64,000 nucleotides of DNA from an uncultured delta proteobacterium (GCA_963706575.1 CAVPNL010000003.1:491912-555911), one strand, 5' to 3'. Positions 29,641-41,236 are shown, counted from the first letter of the stretch. Numbers and translations are program-made. The notes: generated from the sequence alone by a model not told the origin.

Positions 29641-32636
29641 TAAATGAGGTCCCCGAAAGGCTTTTTCCAGGCAGCTTTCAGATCCTTAACTGCAAGCGAA
29701 ACGATGGTTTCTTGATCGAGTCCCTTAATTTCAAGTTGGGGGGTTGCAGTTACCGTTCCGATGCAGGCGCACGCTGATGTTTTAAAAATGTTTTCAAAAC
29801 CCTCACGGTTTTTAGGATCAATGGTCACGATAAACCGGCCGGCCGACTCTGAAAACATCACCTGATCATTACGATCCAGCTCATCCAGCGGCACTCGATC
29901 CAGTTCGACCTGCATGCCCAGATTACCGCCCATGGCAACCATAGCCAGATGTACCGCCAGACCGCCACGGTAGATGCCATGAGCAGAGGCGACTATTCCC
30001 TCAGCGATGGCCCGGCTCAAAGCCCGGTAAGTTTCCAAAAACGCATCGGACCGGACCCGCGGAACATTTAAGCCGACTTCAGCCAAATGGGCATAATATT
30101 CCGAGCCGCCGAGTTCGTTGCGGGTGGTCCCCAAAACATAGACCAAGTCCCCGGCAACTTTGCTGTCCATCGTTATACAGCGGCTGATATCATCAATAAC
30201 CGATATGGCGGAAAATTGAAGGGTTTCCAGCGCAGAGACTTTATGCATTTCACCATAACGGCCGGGCAGATAACCATCTACATACATACTGTCTTTGCCG
30301 GAAAGCAGCGGTATTTTATAGGATTGGCACATATCTCTTAAAGCCCAGCATGCCCGTACCAGCTGGGCCGCCTTCAATTTGCCGTCAGGGTTGTCAGCCG
30401 GATGGTATTGGATATTAGGCCAGCAAAAATTATCCACGCCGCCGATATGGTTCAGATCGGCTCCAACCGCCACCAGGCGCCGGACAGCCTCATCGATGCT
30501 GCCGGCGGCCATGTGGTAAGCATCGATGGCCGAATACGCCGGCAGCAGGGCCTGGGTAAATGCCAGCCCTTTTAGTGAACTGAGCACCGGCCGAACAACA
30601 GATGCATCACTGGGGATGTCCCGCTCGGCACCGACCAGCGGTTTGATCACACTGCCCCCCTGTACTTCATGATCGTACTGCCGGGTGACCCATTGCGTGG
30701 AACAGACATTGGGGCGCGCCAGCAAATCCAGCAGCAGTGTTTCGTAATCATCCGGAGCGCTGATCACCGGCTCCGACAATCCCCGTTGTTCAGGGGAGGC
30801 CCACTCGGCCTCGAATTCCCACTGGGGAAAACCGGATTTAAGCAGATCCAGATTGACATGAGCGCAGGTTTTGCCCTCATAAGTAATATGAAGCTTTCCG
30901 GAATCGGTGTAACGACCGATAACGGTGCTCTCAACCGCATGCTTTTGAGAAAGCTGCATAAATTCAGCGAGGTCCTGGGGACGAATCGCCACCGTCATGC
31001 GTTCCTGGGACTCGGAAATCCATATCTCCCACTGGTCAAGACCCGCGTATTTTAACGGCACCTTTTCCAGCTCAATTTCACAACCGTTTGAGAATCGCGC
31101 CGACTCCCCAACAGAAGATGACAGCCCCCCGCCCCCATTATCGGTTATAAATCGAATCAGGCCCCTGTCGCGGGCTTCCAATAAAAAGTCGTGCATTTTT
31201 TTCTGGGTGTAGGGATCTCCAATCTGCACATGCCCCGCCGGCGTGTTCTCCGAAAAGGTCTCCGAGGCTGCCGTGACCCCGTGGATGCCGTCTTTGCCCA
31301 CCCGGCCCCCGCACATGATCACCAGCTCACCGGGAGATGTCCGTTTCTGCTCGGCGGGTTCTGCGTTTATCTGCGACGGCATGATGCCAACGGCGGTCAC
31401 AAACACCAGACATTTGCCCAGGTACCCCGGATCAAATGTAATCTGGCCAAATGTGGTCGGGATACCGCTTTTGTTGCCGCCGTCGCGCACCCCTTCAATC
31501 ACACCGTCCAGCAGGCGTCGCGGGTGCAAATGCGGCTTTAATTCACCGCTATAATCCCGTGGTCCCACACAATACCCATAGCTTCCCATGACCAGGCGCG
31601 AGCCTTTGCCGGTCCCCAGCGGGTCGCGGTAGACACCGACAATCCCCGTGATTGCGCCGCCGTATGCCTCCATATTCGATGGTGAATTGTGCGTTTCCCC
31701 GGTTATCACATAATAGTGATCAGCATCGAACCGTCCAGCGCCGGCATTATCCCATAACACTGAAATGACCCAGGCTTTTTGCTCCTTCAGCGTCAGCGTC
31801 GGCTTTTCGATGCAGGTTTTAAATAGATTGTCGATCTTTTCACTGCGGCCGGTCGCCAGATCCCGGTAATGAAAAAGGCCCTGAAAGGTATTATGGTTGC
31901 AGTGATCGCTGCGCGCCTGGGAAATATACTCCAGTTCGAGGTCGGTCGGATCGACAAGCCCCACCCGGGCGCGGTCTGCCTGCACCGCTTTATTCATAAA
32001 ATACGCCCGGATGGTGGGGATATCATTGGGGTTTAAGGCCAGGTTGCGTTCAGCGCTGATTTTAATCAGCGTATCATCGCTATCGACCGGAACCGTGCGA
32101 ACCGTTGGAATATGATCGAGCCGGACCTTGGGGATAATAAATCCGATTCCGTTTTTCGAATTCCAGTCTTGGGCCGGGATGACTTTCCACTGTTGAATAA
32201 TATCGTTTGCCAGCAGCTCACCGGCAATTTTATTCAGATCGGCTTCCACCAGACCGTTGCCTTCTATGCAGTAACGCCTGGAGGTGTATACGGACTCACC
32301 GGCCGCCAGGCGAAACCCCAGCAGGTCTTCAATGGCTTCAACTGCGGTGGCGCCCGGATTGTCGCGCACACCCGGGCGGTATCCGACCCATATGGTCCAG
32401 TCGAAAGGAAAGTCAAGCGGTTCAAAGGAGGAGAGCTGGGTGACCGGATTTGTAAAGATTTCAGTTTGGATCTGTTGAAGCTGATCCGTCTTCAACTCAG
32501 CATCGATGGTCAAAATGTGGATAGCACGCACCCGGGACAGCTGCATCCCGAAGTAATCCAGTGCCTTTTGGCGAATCCCCTCTCCTTCAGCATCAATTAG
32601 ATGGTCCTTCAGCGCAATTTCTAATCTGGCCGGCAT
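29640..32636 (-). CDS. purL: Phosphoribosylformylglycinamidine synthase PurL with N-terminal PurS-like region
   Basis: SDHCNH, ETHNSPS, DNGGGGLSS, SESQERM, QYDHEV, SGKDSM motifs. Confidence 0.95.
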   Translation of the reverse strand: MPARLEIALKDHLIDAEGEGIRQKALDYFGMQLSRVRAIHILTIDAELKTDQLQQIQTEIFTNPVTQLSSFEPLDFPFDWTIWVGYRPGVRDNPGATAVEAIEDLLGFRLAAGESVYTSRRYCIEGNGLVEADLNKIAGELLANDIIQQWKVIPAQDWNSKNGIGFIIPKVRLDHIPTVRTVPVDSDDTLIKISAERNLALNPNDIPTIRAYFMNKAVQADRARVGLVDPTDLELEYISQARSDHCNHNTFQGLFHYRDLATGRSEKIDNLFKTCIEKPTLTLKEQKAWVISVLWDNAGAGRFDADHYYVITGETHNSPSNMEAYGGAITGIVGVYRDPLGTGKGSRLVMGSYGYCVGPRDYSGELKPHLHPRRLLDGVIEGVRDGGNKSGIPTTFGQITFDPGYLGKCLVFVTAVGIMPSQINAEPAEQKRTSPGELVIMCGGRVGKDGIHGVTAASETFSENTPAGHVQIGDPYTQKKMHDFLLEARDRGLIRFITDNGGGGLSSSVGESARFSNGCEIELEKVPLKYAGLDQWEIWISESQERMTVAIRPQDLAEFMQLSQKHAVESTVIGRYTDSGKLHITYEGKTCAHVNLDLLKSGFPQWEFEAEWASPEQRGLSEPVISAPDDYETLLLDLLARPNVCSTQWVTRQYDHEVQGGSVIKPLVGAERDIPSDASVVRPVLSSLKGLAFTQALLPAYSAIDAYHMAAGSIDEAVRRLVAVGADLNHIGGVDNFCWPNIQYHPADNPDGKLKAAQLVRACWALRDMCQSYKIPLLSGKDSMYVDGYLPGRYGEMHKVSALETLQFSAISVIDDISRCITMDSKVAGDLVYVLGTTRNELGGSEYYAHLAEVGLNVPRVRSDAFLETYRALSRAIAEGIVASAHGIYRGGLAVHLAMVAMGGNLGMQVELDRVPLDELDRNDQVMFSESAGRFIVTIDPKNREGFENIFKTSACACIGTVTATPQLEIKGLDQETIVSLAVKDLKAAWKKPFGDLI

Positions 32637-32713
32637 AAATGGTCTCTCGATTGGGCTAATTTTTTCTGGCAAACGGTTAACGGCGATTGGAACGGATAAA
32701 CTCTTAAAAGCAG

Positions 32714-32815
32714 GTGTTTTGTGTTTTGTGTTTTGTGTTTAGTAAAGCGCATATGAAATTGCACCAGTTTGATATTCTAAACACTAAATACGAAACACTA
32801 AATACTAAACACTAC
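32714..32815. repeat. Degenerate 7-mer tandem repeat hairpin (GTGTTTT / TAAACAC)
   Basis: GTGTTTT runs inverted against TAAACAC/TAAATAC runs between rseP and purL. Confidence 0.7.
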
Positions 32816-32822
32816 CCCCTCT

Positions 32823-33920
32823 TCAACTAAATATCCCCCTGAAGAAACTCATGATATCGTCTTTATATCTGAAAATATCATTATAAAAAACCAAAACAAC
32901 CAGCAGCAGGATAATAAATAAACCAATTTGCTGGGCAACTTCACGGACTTTCAAACTGACCGGATTGCCCTTGAGCGCTTCAATCGAAAAGAAAAGCAGA
33001 TGGCCACCGTCAAGGATGGGTATCGGCAGCAGATTAATAATGGCCAGATTGACACTAATCAAGGCAATAAAAAAAATCAGGTTCCCAATCCCCGATTTGG
33101 CCTGATCCCCGGCCATCTTGGCAATCATGATCGGCCCGCCGATGGTATCGGTCGATATATCGCCTGCAACCAGCTTGCCGATGATGATCACCATCAACTC
33201 GGTGATTTTATAGGTTTGAACTAAGCTTTCGATCAACGCCTGAAAAGGATTTAAATCTTTGGCAAAGGCGTCACCCGAGGCACTGATACCGATAATAAAT
33301 CGCTCAATATCTTCGCCGAAAATATTTTTCGCCGGAACCAGTTCAGGTGTAATCTGAAAAACTTTTTCTGAATCCGAGCGCAAGACCGTTATTTCCAGGG
33401 TTTTGCCTTTGCTGGCACCGATGATTTGGGTCATATCATCCCAGCTGGAAACCGGTACGCTATCAATCGAGGTAATCAGGTCCCCCGCCTCTATTCCAGC
33501 GGCAAGTGCCGGCGAACCCTCTCTAACCGTACCCACAGACGCCTTTAATATCATGGCGCCGGAAACCAGAAATATGACGAAAAAGATGATAACCGCCAGT
33601 AAAATATTAAACAGGGGACCGGCGGCCACAATGCACATGCGTTTGGCCACATGTTTGTGGGTAAAGGAAAGGGGGATATCGCCCGGCTCCACCTCGGCAT
33701 CCGGTTCTTCACCGACCATTTTGACATAGCCGCCAAGGGGAATGGCCGAGATGCGATAATCGGTTCTTCCGATCTTCTTTCCAATCAAGCGCGGACCAAA
33801 ACCCAGGGAAAATTTTTCAACCCCAACACCGAATAATCTGGCAATCAGAAAATGTCCGAATTCATGAAAAAAAATGAGAACCCCTAAAACGACAACAAAT
33901 GACAGTAGTGTTATGCCCAT
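32823..33920 (-). CDS. rseP: RIP metalloprotease RseP
   Basis: HEFGH, PDZ domain, NLLPIPILDGGH. Confidence 0.96.
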   Translation of the reverse strand: MGITLLSFVVVLGVLIFFHEFGHFLIARLFGVGVEKFSLGFGPRLIGKKIGRTDYRISAIPLGGYVKMVGEEPDAEVEPGDIPLSFTHKHVAKRMCIVAAGPLFNILLAVIIFFVIFLVSGAMILKASVGTVREGSPALAAGIEAGDLITSIDSVPVSSWDDMTQIIGASKGKTLEITVLRSDSEKVFQITPELVPAKNIFGEDIERFIIGISASGDAFAKDLNPFQALIESLVQTYKITELMVIIIGKLVAGDISTDTIGGPIMIAKMAGDQAKSGIGNLIFFIALISVNLAIINLLPIPILDGGHLLFFSIEALKGNPVSLKVREVAQQIGLFIILLLVVLVFYNDIFRYKDDIMSFFRGIFS

Positions 33921-34106
33921 GGTTTAACGTCTCGGATTAGTTTTAATATATTGAAATTATAAAATTTTAATTGATTTCGGTATTCATTTCATCTGGAAAA
34001 ATGGAATAATGGGTAAAACGTATGAAAAAACCGTTTTGATTAGACAGAATTCCTTTGAACCCATGATTCCAGCATTCCATCATTCCACTATTCCAGTCGT
34101 AAACAA

Positions 34107-35270
34107 TTAAGCCTGGATGTTGCGAATAAGATCGGCGGCCTTTTTTCTGGCATTCCGATCAGCGTCGATAATGTCTGAAAGCGCCGGATTGGCTGCAACC
34201 GTATGTGAATCCATGGTTCCTCCGACAATCCGGGCAATGTCGTTAAAAGAAATCTCTTCTTTCAGAAACGCATTTACCGCCACTTCATTGGCGGCATTTA
34301 ATACCGCCGGCATCGTTTTGCCGACCTTGCAAGCCTTAAATGCCAGCGCCAGACAGGGAAATTTCTCCAAATCCGGTTTCTGGAATGTCAGTCCCTGTCC
34401 GTCTGAAAAATCCGGCAACGGCTGATTTAGCGGCAGCCGTTCCGGATAGGACAACGCGTAAGCGATCGCCCCTCTCATATCCGGTATGCCCAGCTGGGCA
34501 ATGACGGAGCCGTCTTGATAGGCAACCATCGAATGAATCACACTCTGGGGGTGAATAATCACCTCGATCATATCTTCGGAAACGTCAAAAAGAGATTTGG
34601 CTTCAAGCACCTCCAGTCCTTTGTTCATCAGGGTGGCTGAATCGATGGTGATCTTGGGTCCCATATCCCAGTTGGGATGATTTAATGCCTGCGCTTTTGA
34701 GATATTGGAAAATTGGGAAACCGGCAAGTTTAAAAACGGGCCGCCGGAGGCCGTTAATAGAATTTTTGCTAAATCCGCTTTGCGATGCCCCTGAAGACAT
34801 TGAAAAATTGCACTGTGCTCGCTGTCGACCGGAAGGATTTGAACGCCTTTGCGGGCCGCATTCCGGGTGACAATGTCACCGGCCATGACCAGCGTTTCTT
34901 TATTGGCCAATGCAATCGTTTTGCCGGCTTCGATGGCCGCCAGCGTCGGCATCAAACCGGCCGCACCGACGACGGCGGAAATGACGATATCCACACCGTC
35001 GGCTGTCGCCGCCGCCCGGTAACCTTCATCCTCACAAAGGATCTCGACACGGGTCCCTGCCGCAAGCGTCTGTTTTAATCGCTGCTTACTGTCCAGGTCA
35101 TAAACAACCGCAATCTCAGGGTCAAACTGCTCAATCTGTTTGGCCAGAAGGACCGTATTGGTTTTGGCGGCCAGCGCCTTCACCGAAAATCGTTGCGGAA
35201 ACATCTCGACAATTTTCAGCGCATTGCGACCAATCGAGCCTGTAGAGCCCAGTATGGAGAGATTTTTCAT
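34107..35270 (-). CDS. dxr: 1-deoxy-D-xylulose 5-phosphate reductoisomerase
   Basis: ILGSTGSIG, LANKETLV, PVDSEHSA, KITIDSATLMNKGLE; start at ATG 35270. Confidence 0.97.
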   Translation of the reverse strand: MKNLSILGSTGSIGRNALKIVEMFPQRFSVKALAAKTNTVLLAKQIEQFDPEIAVVYDLDSKQRLKQTLAAGTRVEILCEDEGYRAAATADGVDIVISAVVGAAGLMPTLAAIEAGKTIALANKETLVMAGDIVTRNAARKGVQILPVDSEHSAIFQCLQGHRKADLAKILLTASGGPFLNLPVSQFSNISKAQALNHPNWDMGPKITIDSATLMNKGLEVLEAKSLFDVSEDMIEVIIHPQSVIHSMVAYQDGSVIAQLGIPDMRGAIAYALSYPERLPLNQPLPDFSDGQGLTFQKPDLEKFPCLALAFKACKVGKTMPAVLNAANEVAVNAFLKEEISFNDIARIVGGTMDSHTVAANPALSDIIDADRNARKKAADLIRNIQA

Positions 35271-35353
35271 TACAATTTCTAACGATTTCAATCCAACATG
35301 TTTATTTAATGTTACAGCGACACGTTGCCGCAAGGAATTATTTTTTTCGGTGG

Positions 35354-35402
35354 GTGGGAGCGGCTGCCAGCCGCGAATATCGCAGCAAGATGCTGCTCCC
35401 AC
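35354..35402. repeat. REP-like inverted doublet
   Basis: GTGGGAGCGGCTGCCAGCCGCGA followed by the inverted TCGCAGCAAGATGCTGCTCCCAC. Confidence 0.65.
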
Positions 35403-35431
35403 AGCTATAAATTTGAAAAATGCCTATAGTA

Positions 35432-36238
35432 CTAAAAAACAAATCGAATAAAAACGTATGCCACCGGAGAAGCAAATAAAAGGGCGTCGATCCGATCCAG
35501 GATGCCGCCGTGGCCCGGCAAAATATTGCTGGAGTCCTTTATATTTGAAGATCGTTTCATTTCCGATTCAAATAGATCTCCCAGCTGACCGGCAATACCG
35601 ACCGCAAGAAAGAATAAGATGCTTAAGCTCCATGGCAAATGGGGCAGAAAAAAGGCTTTTCCAATCGCCCCGACCAGCAGGTTGGCGGCTAATCCGCCAA
35701 TTGCCCCCTCGATGGTCTTTCCCGGACTGATCGCCGGGCTTAATTTGTGTCTGCCCAAATAGGATCCAACATAGTAGGCACTGGTATCGCCGGCGAAAAT
35801 GATCGCCAGCAATAAAAAAATCCAGATGGTGCCGGAGTGACCCTCACGGATGAGAACCAAAAAGCCAAGCGCTACCGGAATGTAGATGATTCCCTGAAGT
35901 TGCCGTACAATCACCTCTAAAACAGAGCGGTCTGTTTTGAACTGAAACATCGAGATCAGGGCGATGGTCACAAGATTCAACGCCACCAGACCCAGGATAA
36001 GATCCACCCCCACCCCATATGCCGCCCAGATAATGGCGCAACAGATCCCGTAACCCCACCACAAAATGATACCGGATGGCGATTTGGCCTTCCCTGGCGC
36101 GACGACACGATAATACTCCCACAGGGCAACCAGACTGACCGCACAGACAAGGGTCGCAAAGAAAACACCGCCTTTGTAAACCAGGAAAATAAGAAATGGG
36201 AGGGCACTGAGTCCCGTTATCCAGCGTTTAAGATGCAT
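35432..36238 (-). CDS. cdsA: Phosphatidate cytidylyltransferase
   Basis: SPGKTIEG, GDLFESEMKR..IKDS..ILPGHGGILDRID. Confidence 0.96.
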   Translation of the reverse strand: MHLKRWITGLSALPFLIFLVYKGGVFFATLVCAVSLVALWEYYRVVAPGKAKSPSGIILWWGYGICCAIIWAAYGVGVDLILGLVALNLVTIALISMFQFKTDRSVLEVIVRQLQGIIYIPVALGFLVLIREGHSGTIWIFLLLAIIFAGDTSAYYVGSYLGRHKLSPAISPGKTIEGAIGGLAANLLVGAIGKAFFLPHLPWSLSILFFLAVGIAGQLGDLFESEMKRSSNIKDSSNILPGHGGILDRIDALLFASPVAYVFIRFVF

Positions 36239-36267
36239 CCGGTCGCTCTTTCAAAAAAAAAGTCGCC

Positions 36268-36432
36268 AAACCCCAAATAACAAAATCTAAAACTCCAAGT
36301 CACAAGCACCAAATTGCAAATAAATCTCAAATCTCAATTTTTCAATTTTTCAATGACCAAAACAGTTTGATTTTTTTAGATTTTGGTTATTGTAATTTGA
36401 TTGATATTTGTGTTTTGTCTTTTGGAATTTTT
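36268..36432. repeat. Degenerate 7-mer repeat hairpin (CAAAT-rich / ATTTG-rich)
   Basis: Periodic CAAA runs followed by inverted TTTG runs between uppS and cdsA. Confidence 0.55.
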
Positions 36433-36505
36433 TTCAATTCAAGAACTCAGCTGGGCTGAGATATATCACACGACTTTTGTACGATTCATTTATGGGGAAA
36501 TGACC

Positions 36506-37249
36506 CTACACCCTTCCAAACCTGCGTTCCCGTTGCTGATAGTCCTTCAGAATCTCGTAAAATTCATCCTTGCCGAAATCGGGCCAATAGGTCGGGGTGA
36601 CATAAATTTCAGCATAGGCAATCTGCCACAATAAGAAATTGCTGATACGCATCTCCCCGCTGGTCCGGATCAACAGATCCGGATCCGGTATGTCTTTGGT
36701 ATAAAGGTGTTCAGCCACGATATCCGCGTCAATGGCATCCGGATCAATCTGCCCGCTTTTCGATTTCCGGGCAAGTTTCTGGGCCATATGGACAATTTCC
36801 GCCCGACTGCCATAACTCAGGGCCAGATTCAGCTGAAGGGCGGAATTGGCGCGGGTTAAGTCCATGGCCTCACGCAACGCCTGTTGAACCTTTGCCGGCA
36901 GTCGCTGCATTTGCCCGATCACCTGCAAGCGAATGTCATTTTCAGCAAGTTCTTTCTGTTCTGATTTTAAGAATTTCATCAGGAGGGCCATGAGAGCATC
37001 GACCTCACTTTTGGGCCGCTGCCAGTTTTCGGTCGAAAAGGCGTAAAGCGTCAGATAGGCAATGCCAATTTCACGACAGGCGCGCACAATTGCTCGAACT
37101 GCGTCAGCGCCCTTTTCATGTCCTTTAATGCGGGATAAAAGATGTTTTTTTGCCCACCGGCCATTACCATCCATGATGACGGCAACATGGGTTGGCAGTT
37201 TGGTTTTGTCAAGATCTTCCGGAACGCCGGAAGCAGAACTAGAATTCAA
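36506..37249 (-). CDS. uppS: Undecaprenyl diphosphate synthase
   Basis: HVAVIMDGNGRWA, YAFSTENW, IRTSGEMRISNFLLWQ. Confidence 0.97.
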   Translation of the reverse strand: MNSSSASGVPEDLDKTKLPTHVAVIMDGNGRWAKKHLLSRIKGHEKGADAVRAIVRACREIGIAYLTLYAFSTENWQRPKSEVDALMALLMKFLKSEQKELAENDIRLQVIGQMQRLPAKVQQALREAMDLTRANSALQLNLALSYGSRAEIVHMAQKLARKSKSGQIDPDAIDADIVAEHLYTKDIPDPDLLIRTSGEMRISNFLLWQIAYAEIYVTPTYWPDFGKDEFYEILKDYQQRERRFGRV

Positions 37250-37796
37250 GGATTTCTTTCTCTTTTTTTATAAAGCATTCGTCAACGCGCTTGATATGCT
37301 CATCGGTAATTTTTTGAACCTCATCCTGGGCTTTAAAAGCCTCATCTTCGGATATGTCGCCATCCTTTTTCAGGCTCTTCAGCAGTTCATTTGAATCGCG
37401 CCGGATGTTGCGGACCGAAACTTTGTGGTCCTCACACATTTTATGAACCAATTTGACCAGCTCCTTTCTGCGATCTTCGGTAAGCGGCGGAATTGAAATT
37501 CGCAGAATTTTGCCGTCATTGGAAGGTGTAAGTCCCAGGTCGGACTTTAGAATCGCCTTTTCAATATCTTTGATCACGGATACATCCCAGGGCTGGATCG
37601 TAATCAGGCGGCTTTCCGGCACCGCAAGGGTGGCCATCTGATTCAGCGGTGTCAGCGTGCCGTAATAGTCCACTCTAATTCCATCCAGAATCGATAAAGA
37701 CGCACGACCGGTCCGTACCCGCTTTAATTCTCTTTCGAGCGCCTCGATCGAGTTGCGCATACTTTCCTTGGTATCTTGATAGATATCATCAATCAT
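37239..37796 (-). CDS. frr: Ribosome recycling factor
   Basis: RTGRAS, PPLTEDRRKELVK, VRNIRRD. Confidence 0.98.
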   Translation of the reverse strand: MIDDIYQDTKESMRNSIEALERELKRVRTGRASLSILDGIRVDYYGTLTPLNQMATLAVPESRLITIQPWDVSVIKDIEKAILKSDLGLTPSNDGKILRISIPPLTEDRRKELVKLVHKMCEDHKVSVRNIRRDSNELLKSLKKDGDISEDEAFKAQDEVQKITDEHIKRVDECFIKKEKEILEF

Positions 37797-37922
37797 TGGA
37801 ATCCCTCGATTTGCTCATTTTAGGCTAAAATTATTTTTGAAATTGGCGCCTTTACGATCATTATATCAAGAATTTAATGATCTCACCAATGAAATTATAC
37901 GCGACAGGTGGGCTGATGTGTC

Positions 37923-38636
37923 CTATGAAATGCGCGTGCCGATATCTTGCCCGCAAACCACCCTTTTGATATTGCCTTTGTCTTTTAATTTAAATACCGC
38001 CAGCGGAAGTTTGTTGTCCATGGCAAGGGAGATCGCGGTCATATCCATCACCCTGAGCTGCTTTTCGATGACCTTTATATAGCTGGTTTTTTTAATAATC
38101 CGGGCCTTCTTGTTGACAACTGGATCCGAATCATACAGCCCATCGACCTTGGTGGCCTTCAACAGGATCTCGGCATGGGTCTCCTGAGCCCGTAATACGG
38201 CAGCCGTGTCGGTCGTAAAATACGGATTGCCGGTCCCGGCACCAAAGATAACCACCCGACCCCTTTCCAGGTGGCGGATGGCCCGACGCAGAATATAGGG
38301 CTCGGCAACTTCATGCATGGAAATAGCCGTTTGTACACGGGTTTCAAGGCCAACTTTCTCCATGGCATCTTGCAACGCCAGGCTGTTGATTACCGTCGCC
38401 AGCATTCCCATATGATCTGCGGAAGCCCGGTCCATACCATAGGAACTTGCGCCAATGCCTCTGAAAATATTACCGCCCCCCACAACAATGCCGGTTTGCA
38501 CACCCAGTTCGATGATGGATTTAATCTCCCCGGATACATACTTCAACATATCCGGGTCGATGCCGAATTTCTGATCCCCCATGAGCGCTTCGCCGCTTAA
38601 TTTAAGCAAAATGCGCTTGTATTGTGGCCGGCTCAC
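37923..38636 (-). CDS. pyrH: UMP kinase
   Basis: [25 protein letters not shown]. Confidence 0.98.
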   Translation of the reverse strand: MSRPQYKRILLKLSGEALMGDQKFGIDPDMLKYVSGEIKSIIELGVQTGIVVGGGNIFRGIGASSYGMDRASADHMGMLATVINSLALQDAMEKVGLETRVQTAISMHEVAEPYILRRAIRHLERGRVVIFGAGTGNPYFTTDTAAVLRAQETHAEILLKATKVDGLYDSDPVVNKKARIIKKTSYIKVIEKQLRVMDMTAISLAMDNKLPLAVFKLKDKGNIKRVVCGQDIGTRIS

Positions 38637-38639
38637 GAT

Positions 38640-39239
38640 TTACGATTCTCCAATCTGATAGCGTACAAATCTTTTGATGGATATATTTTCACCGATTTTG
38701 GCGATCATTTGATTGAGCAGATCTGCAATGGATATATCCGTATCGCGCACATAAGGCTGTTTCAGCAGGCAGCTCTCCTCATAAAATTTATTGAGCTTGC
38801 CCTCAACGATTTTATCAACCACGTTTTCCGGTTTTCCCATATCGAGCGCCTGGGCCCGGTAAATTTCTTTTTCTTTCTCAATAATTTCTTGCGAAATATC
38901 TTCCGGTGAGATCCCCAGGGGATTGGTGGCCGCAATATGCATGGCAATATTTTTGGTAAATTCTTGAAAATCCTCATTTTTTGCCACGAAGTCCGTCTCA
39001 CAGTTCACTTCGACCAGAACACCCAGCTTACCGGTCATATGAATATAGGATTGAATCATTCCTTCGCTCAAGGCACGCCCGGCTCTTTTTTGGGCGGTGG
39101 CCAGCCCCTTTTTTCTAAGGAGTTCAATCGCTTTTTCAACATCACCTTCAACTTCGGAAAGCGCATTTTTACAATCCATCATTCCGGCTCCGGTTTTTTC
39201 GCGGAGCTGTTTCACCATTGCAGCGCTAATATTCGCCAT
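38640..39239 (-). CDS. tsf: Elongation factor Ts (short form)
   Basis: LREKTGAGMMDCK, EVNCETDFVA. Confidence 0.98.
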   Translation of the reverse strand: MANISAAMVKQLREKTGAGMMDCKNALSEVEGDVEKAIELLRKKGLATAQKRAGRALSEGMIQSYIHMTGKLGVLVEVNCETDFVAKNEDFQEFTKNIAMHIAATNPLGISPEDISQEIIEKEKEIYRAQALDMGKPENVVDKIVEGKLNKFYEESCLLKQPYVRDTDISIADLLNQMIAKIGENISIKRFVRYQIGES

Positions 39240-39241
39240 GT

Positions 39242-40177
39242 TTATTCTCCCGCTATCTTTTCTTCAGATTCATCGATCGGTTTCTCGGTTTCAGTCTCCC
39301 CATCCACGGCCGGCTGCACTTCCTCCTCTACAGCGCTTTCAACGGTTTCCGTCTTTCGGATAATTTCGACGACCGGGCCCTCTGTCCCATCGGATATGAC
39401 TTTGCGTTCGCCCGGTTTCAGTTCGGCGCTGGCGGTTGCGATTTCGGATTCTTCCTCAACATCCTTATCCGCTTCGGCCTGCATTTTTTCGTCATAACGC
39501 GCTTTGCCGGCGACGCAGGCATCGGCGACTCTGGAGGTTAGCAGTCGAATCGCCCGGATGGCATCATCATTCCCCGGTATGATATAGTCAATTTCGTCCG
39601 GATCACAATTGCTATCAACGATTGCCACGATGGGTATATTCAGCCGTTGACCCTCCCGCACCGCAATCATTTCATTTTTGGGATCCACCACAAAAATTGC
39701 CCCGGGCAGACCGTTCATGGTCCGAATACCGCCAAGGTTATTGTCGAGTTTGACCCGCTCTTTGGCCAGCTTCAGCCGCTCTTTTTTGGGAAACACGTCG
39801 ATGGACCCGTCATTCTGTATTTCGTTGAGATAATTCAACCGATCAATACTCTGTCGAATCGTCTGAAAATTCGTCAGCATACCGCCCAGCCAGCGATTGT
39901 GAACGTAAAACATCTCGCACCGATTGGCTTCTTCATAAATGGATTCCCGGGCCTGTTTTTTTGTGCCGACAAAAAGGACCGATTTTCCTTCCGCCACCGT
40001 ATTCATAATAAAATCGTAGGCGGTTTTGAACATGGCAACGGTTCTTTGAAGATCAATGATGTAGATCCCGTTTCTCGCGCCAAAAATATAGGGTTTCATT
40101 TTGGGGTTCCAGCGTTTGGTCTGGTGACCGAAATGAACCCCGGCCTCAAGCAATTCTTTCATAGTGACATAAGCCAT
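39242..40177 (-). CDS. rpsB: 30S ribosomal protein S2
   Basis: [30 protein letters not shown]. Confidence 0.99.
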   Translation of the reverse strand: MAYVTMKELLEAGVHFGHQTKRWNPKMKPYIFGARNGIYIIDLQRTVAMFKTAYDFIMNTVAEGKSVLFVGTKKQARESIYEEANRCEMFYVHNRWLGGMLTNFQTIRQSIDRLNYLNEIQNDGSIDVFPKKERLKLAKERVKLDNNLGGIRTMNGLPGAIFVVDPKNEMIAVREGQRLNIPIVAIVDSNCDPDEIDYIIPGNDDAIRAIRLLTSRVADACVAGKARYDEKMQAEADKDVEEESEIATASAELKPGERKVISDGTEGPVVEIIRKTETVESAVEEEVQPAVDGETETEKPIDESEEKIAGE

Positions 40178-40197
40178 TTTTTTCTCCCTTCAATACG

Positions 40198-40277
40198 TGG
40201 TTTTTCCTCCGCCGCCGTCAACCCTGTCTCCAACTTTCCATGAAAGCACCGGGAGACCAATTCGGCGACGTGTGTGG
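40198..40277 (-). ncRNA. rpsB 5' leader (t44-like autoregulatory RNA)
   Basis: Minus strand CACACACG..GGUGC..GCGGAGG..AAACC pattern directly upstream of rpsB. Confidence 0.55.
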
Positions 40278-40336
40278 TAAAAAATCCATTTCAAATAGCA
40301 AATTCTATCAGGCTCCGCAACAGTTTTTTCTTTTAA

Positions 40337-41236
40337 TCAAGATCGTTTTCGCATGGACACGATGCGGTCATAGCCACTGTAATCTTTGTAAAACTGAGCA
40401 TCTTCATATTGATCGCTGGCGTCGATGATTTGCTTTATCGGTGCCTGCTGATCATGTCCCATTTCCAAAAGAAGGGCGCCGGCCGGTTTTAGATAGAGAT
40501 ATGCACATTGAATAATATGCCGCAAGTAACGCAGACCATCTTTAGCGCCGTCGAGGGCTGCAACCGGCTCATAGGCATGTATTTCCGGCTGAAGCCGTTT
40601 CAGATCATCGGATCTTATATACGGCGGGTTGGAAACGATCAGATCAAACTGGCCTGATTTTGCATCAAAGGGCGCAAACCAATCCGCAACCATAAAACAG
40701 ATCTTAGCACCCATCCCATGGCGCATGGAATTGCGGCGGGCAACCCGAACGGCATCGCTGGAAATATCCGTGCCCACATATGAATGCCGGGAATTCTCAG
40801 ACGCCAGGGCCAAAACGACCGCCCCGGACCCGGTACCCAGCTCCAGGATGGACTTACACCCCGGATTCGGATCCGCCGCCAGGTTTTCCAAAGCCCTTTC
40901 AACCAGACATTCGGTTTCCGGACGCGGGATCAGGACATCCCTGTTGACTTCCAGATCCATTGACCAGAATTCCTTGTGTCCCACAATATATGCCACCGGC
41001 TCCCGTTTTGTGCGGCGTTTGATCAGCGTTTTAAAGCGGTTCAATTCATCAGAATTCAGCGGTTGATCGTAGCGCAGATATAAATCAATTCGCTTTACGC
41101 CCATCGCGTGCGCCAAAAGAATTTCGGCAGTCGCCCGGGGGCTGTCGATATCGTGGGCGTCAAAGTACGCTGTGGCCCATTGAATCAGTTTAATCAGGGT
41201 CCATTCCGGTGGGCCGGGTTTGGTTTGTTTGTGCAT
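40337..41236 (-). CDS. prmC: Release factor glutamine methyltransferase PrmC (HemK)
   Basis: [21 protein letters not shown]; follows prfA. Confidence 0.96.
   Translation of the reverse strand: MHKQTKPGPPEWTLIKLIQWATAYFDAHDIDSPRATAEILLAHAMGVKRIDLYLRYDQPLNSDELNRFKTLIKRRTKREPVAYIVGHKEFWSMDLEVNRDVLIPRPETECLVERALENLAADPNPGCKSILELGTGSGAVVLALASENSRHSYVGTDISSDAVRVARRNSMRHGMGAKICFMVADWFAPFDAKSGQFDLIVSNPPYIRSDDLKRLQPEIHAYEPVAALDGAKDGLRYLRHIIQCAYLYLKPAGALLLEMGHDQQAPIKQIIDASDQYEDAQFYKDYSGYDRIVSMRKRS

Noticed and set aside
41190..41236. 47-bp prfA/prmC overlap
   Set aside because: Both genes are intact; a short overlap in this conserved pair is not informative.
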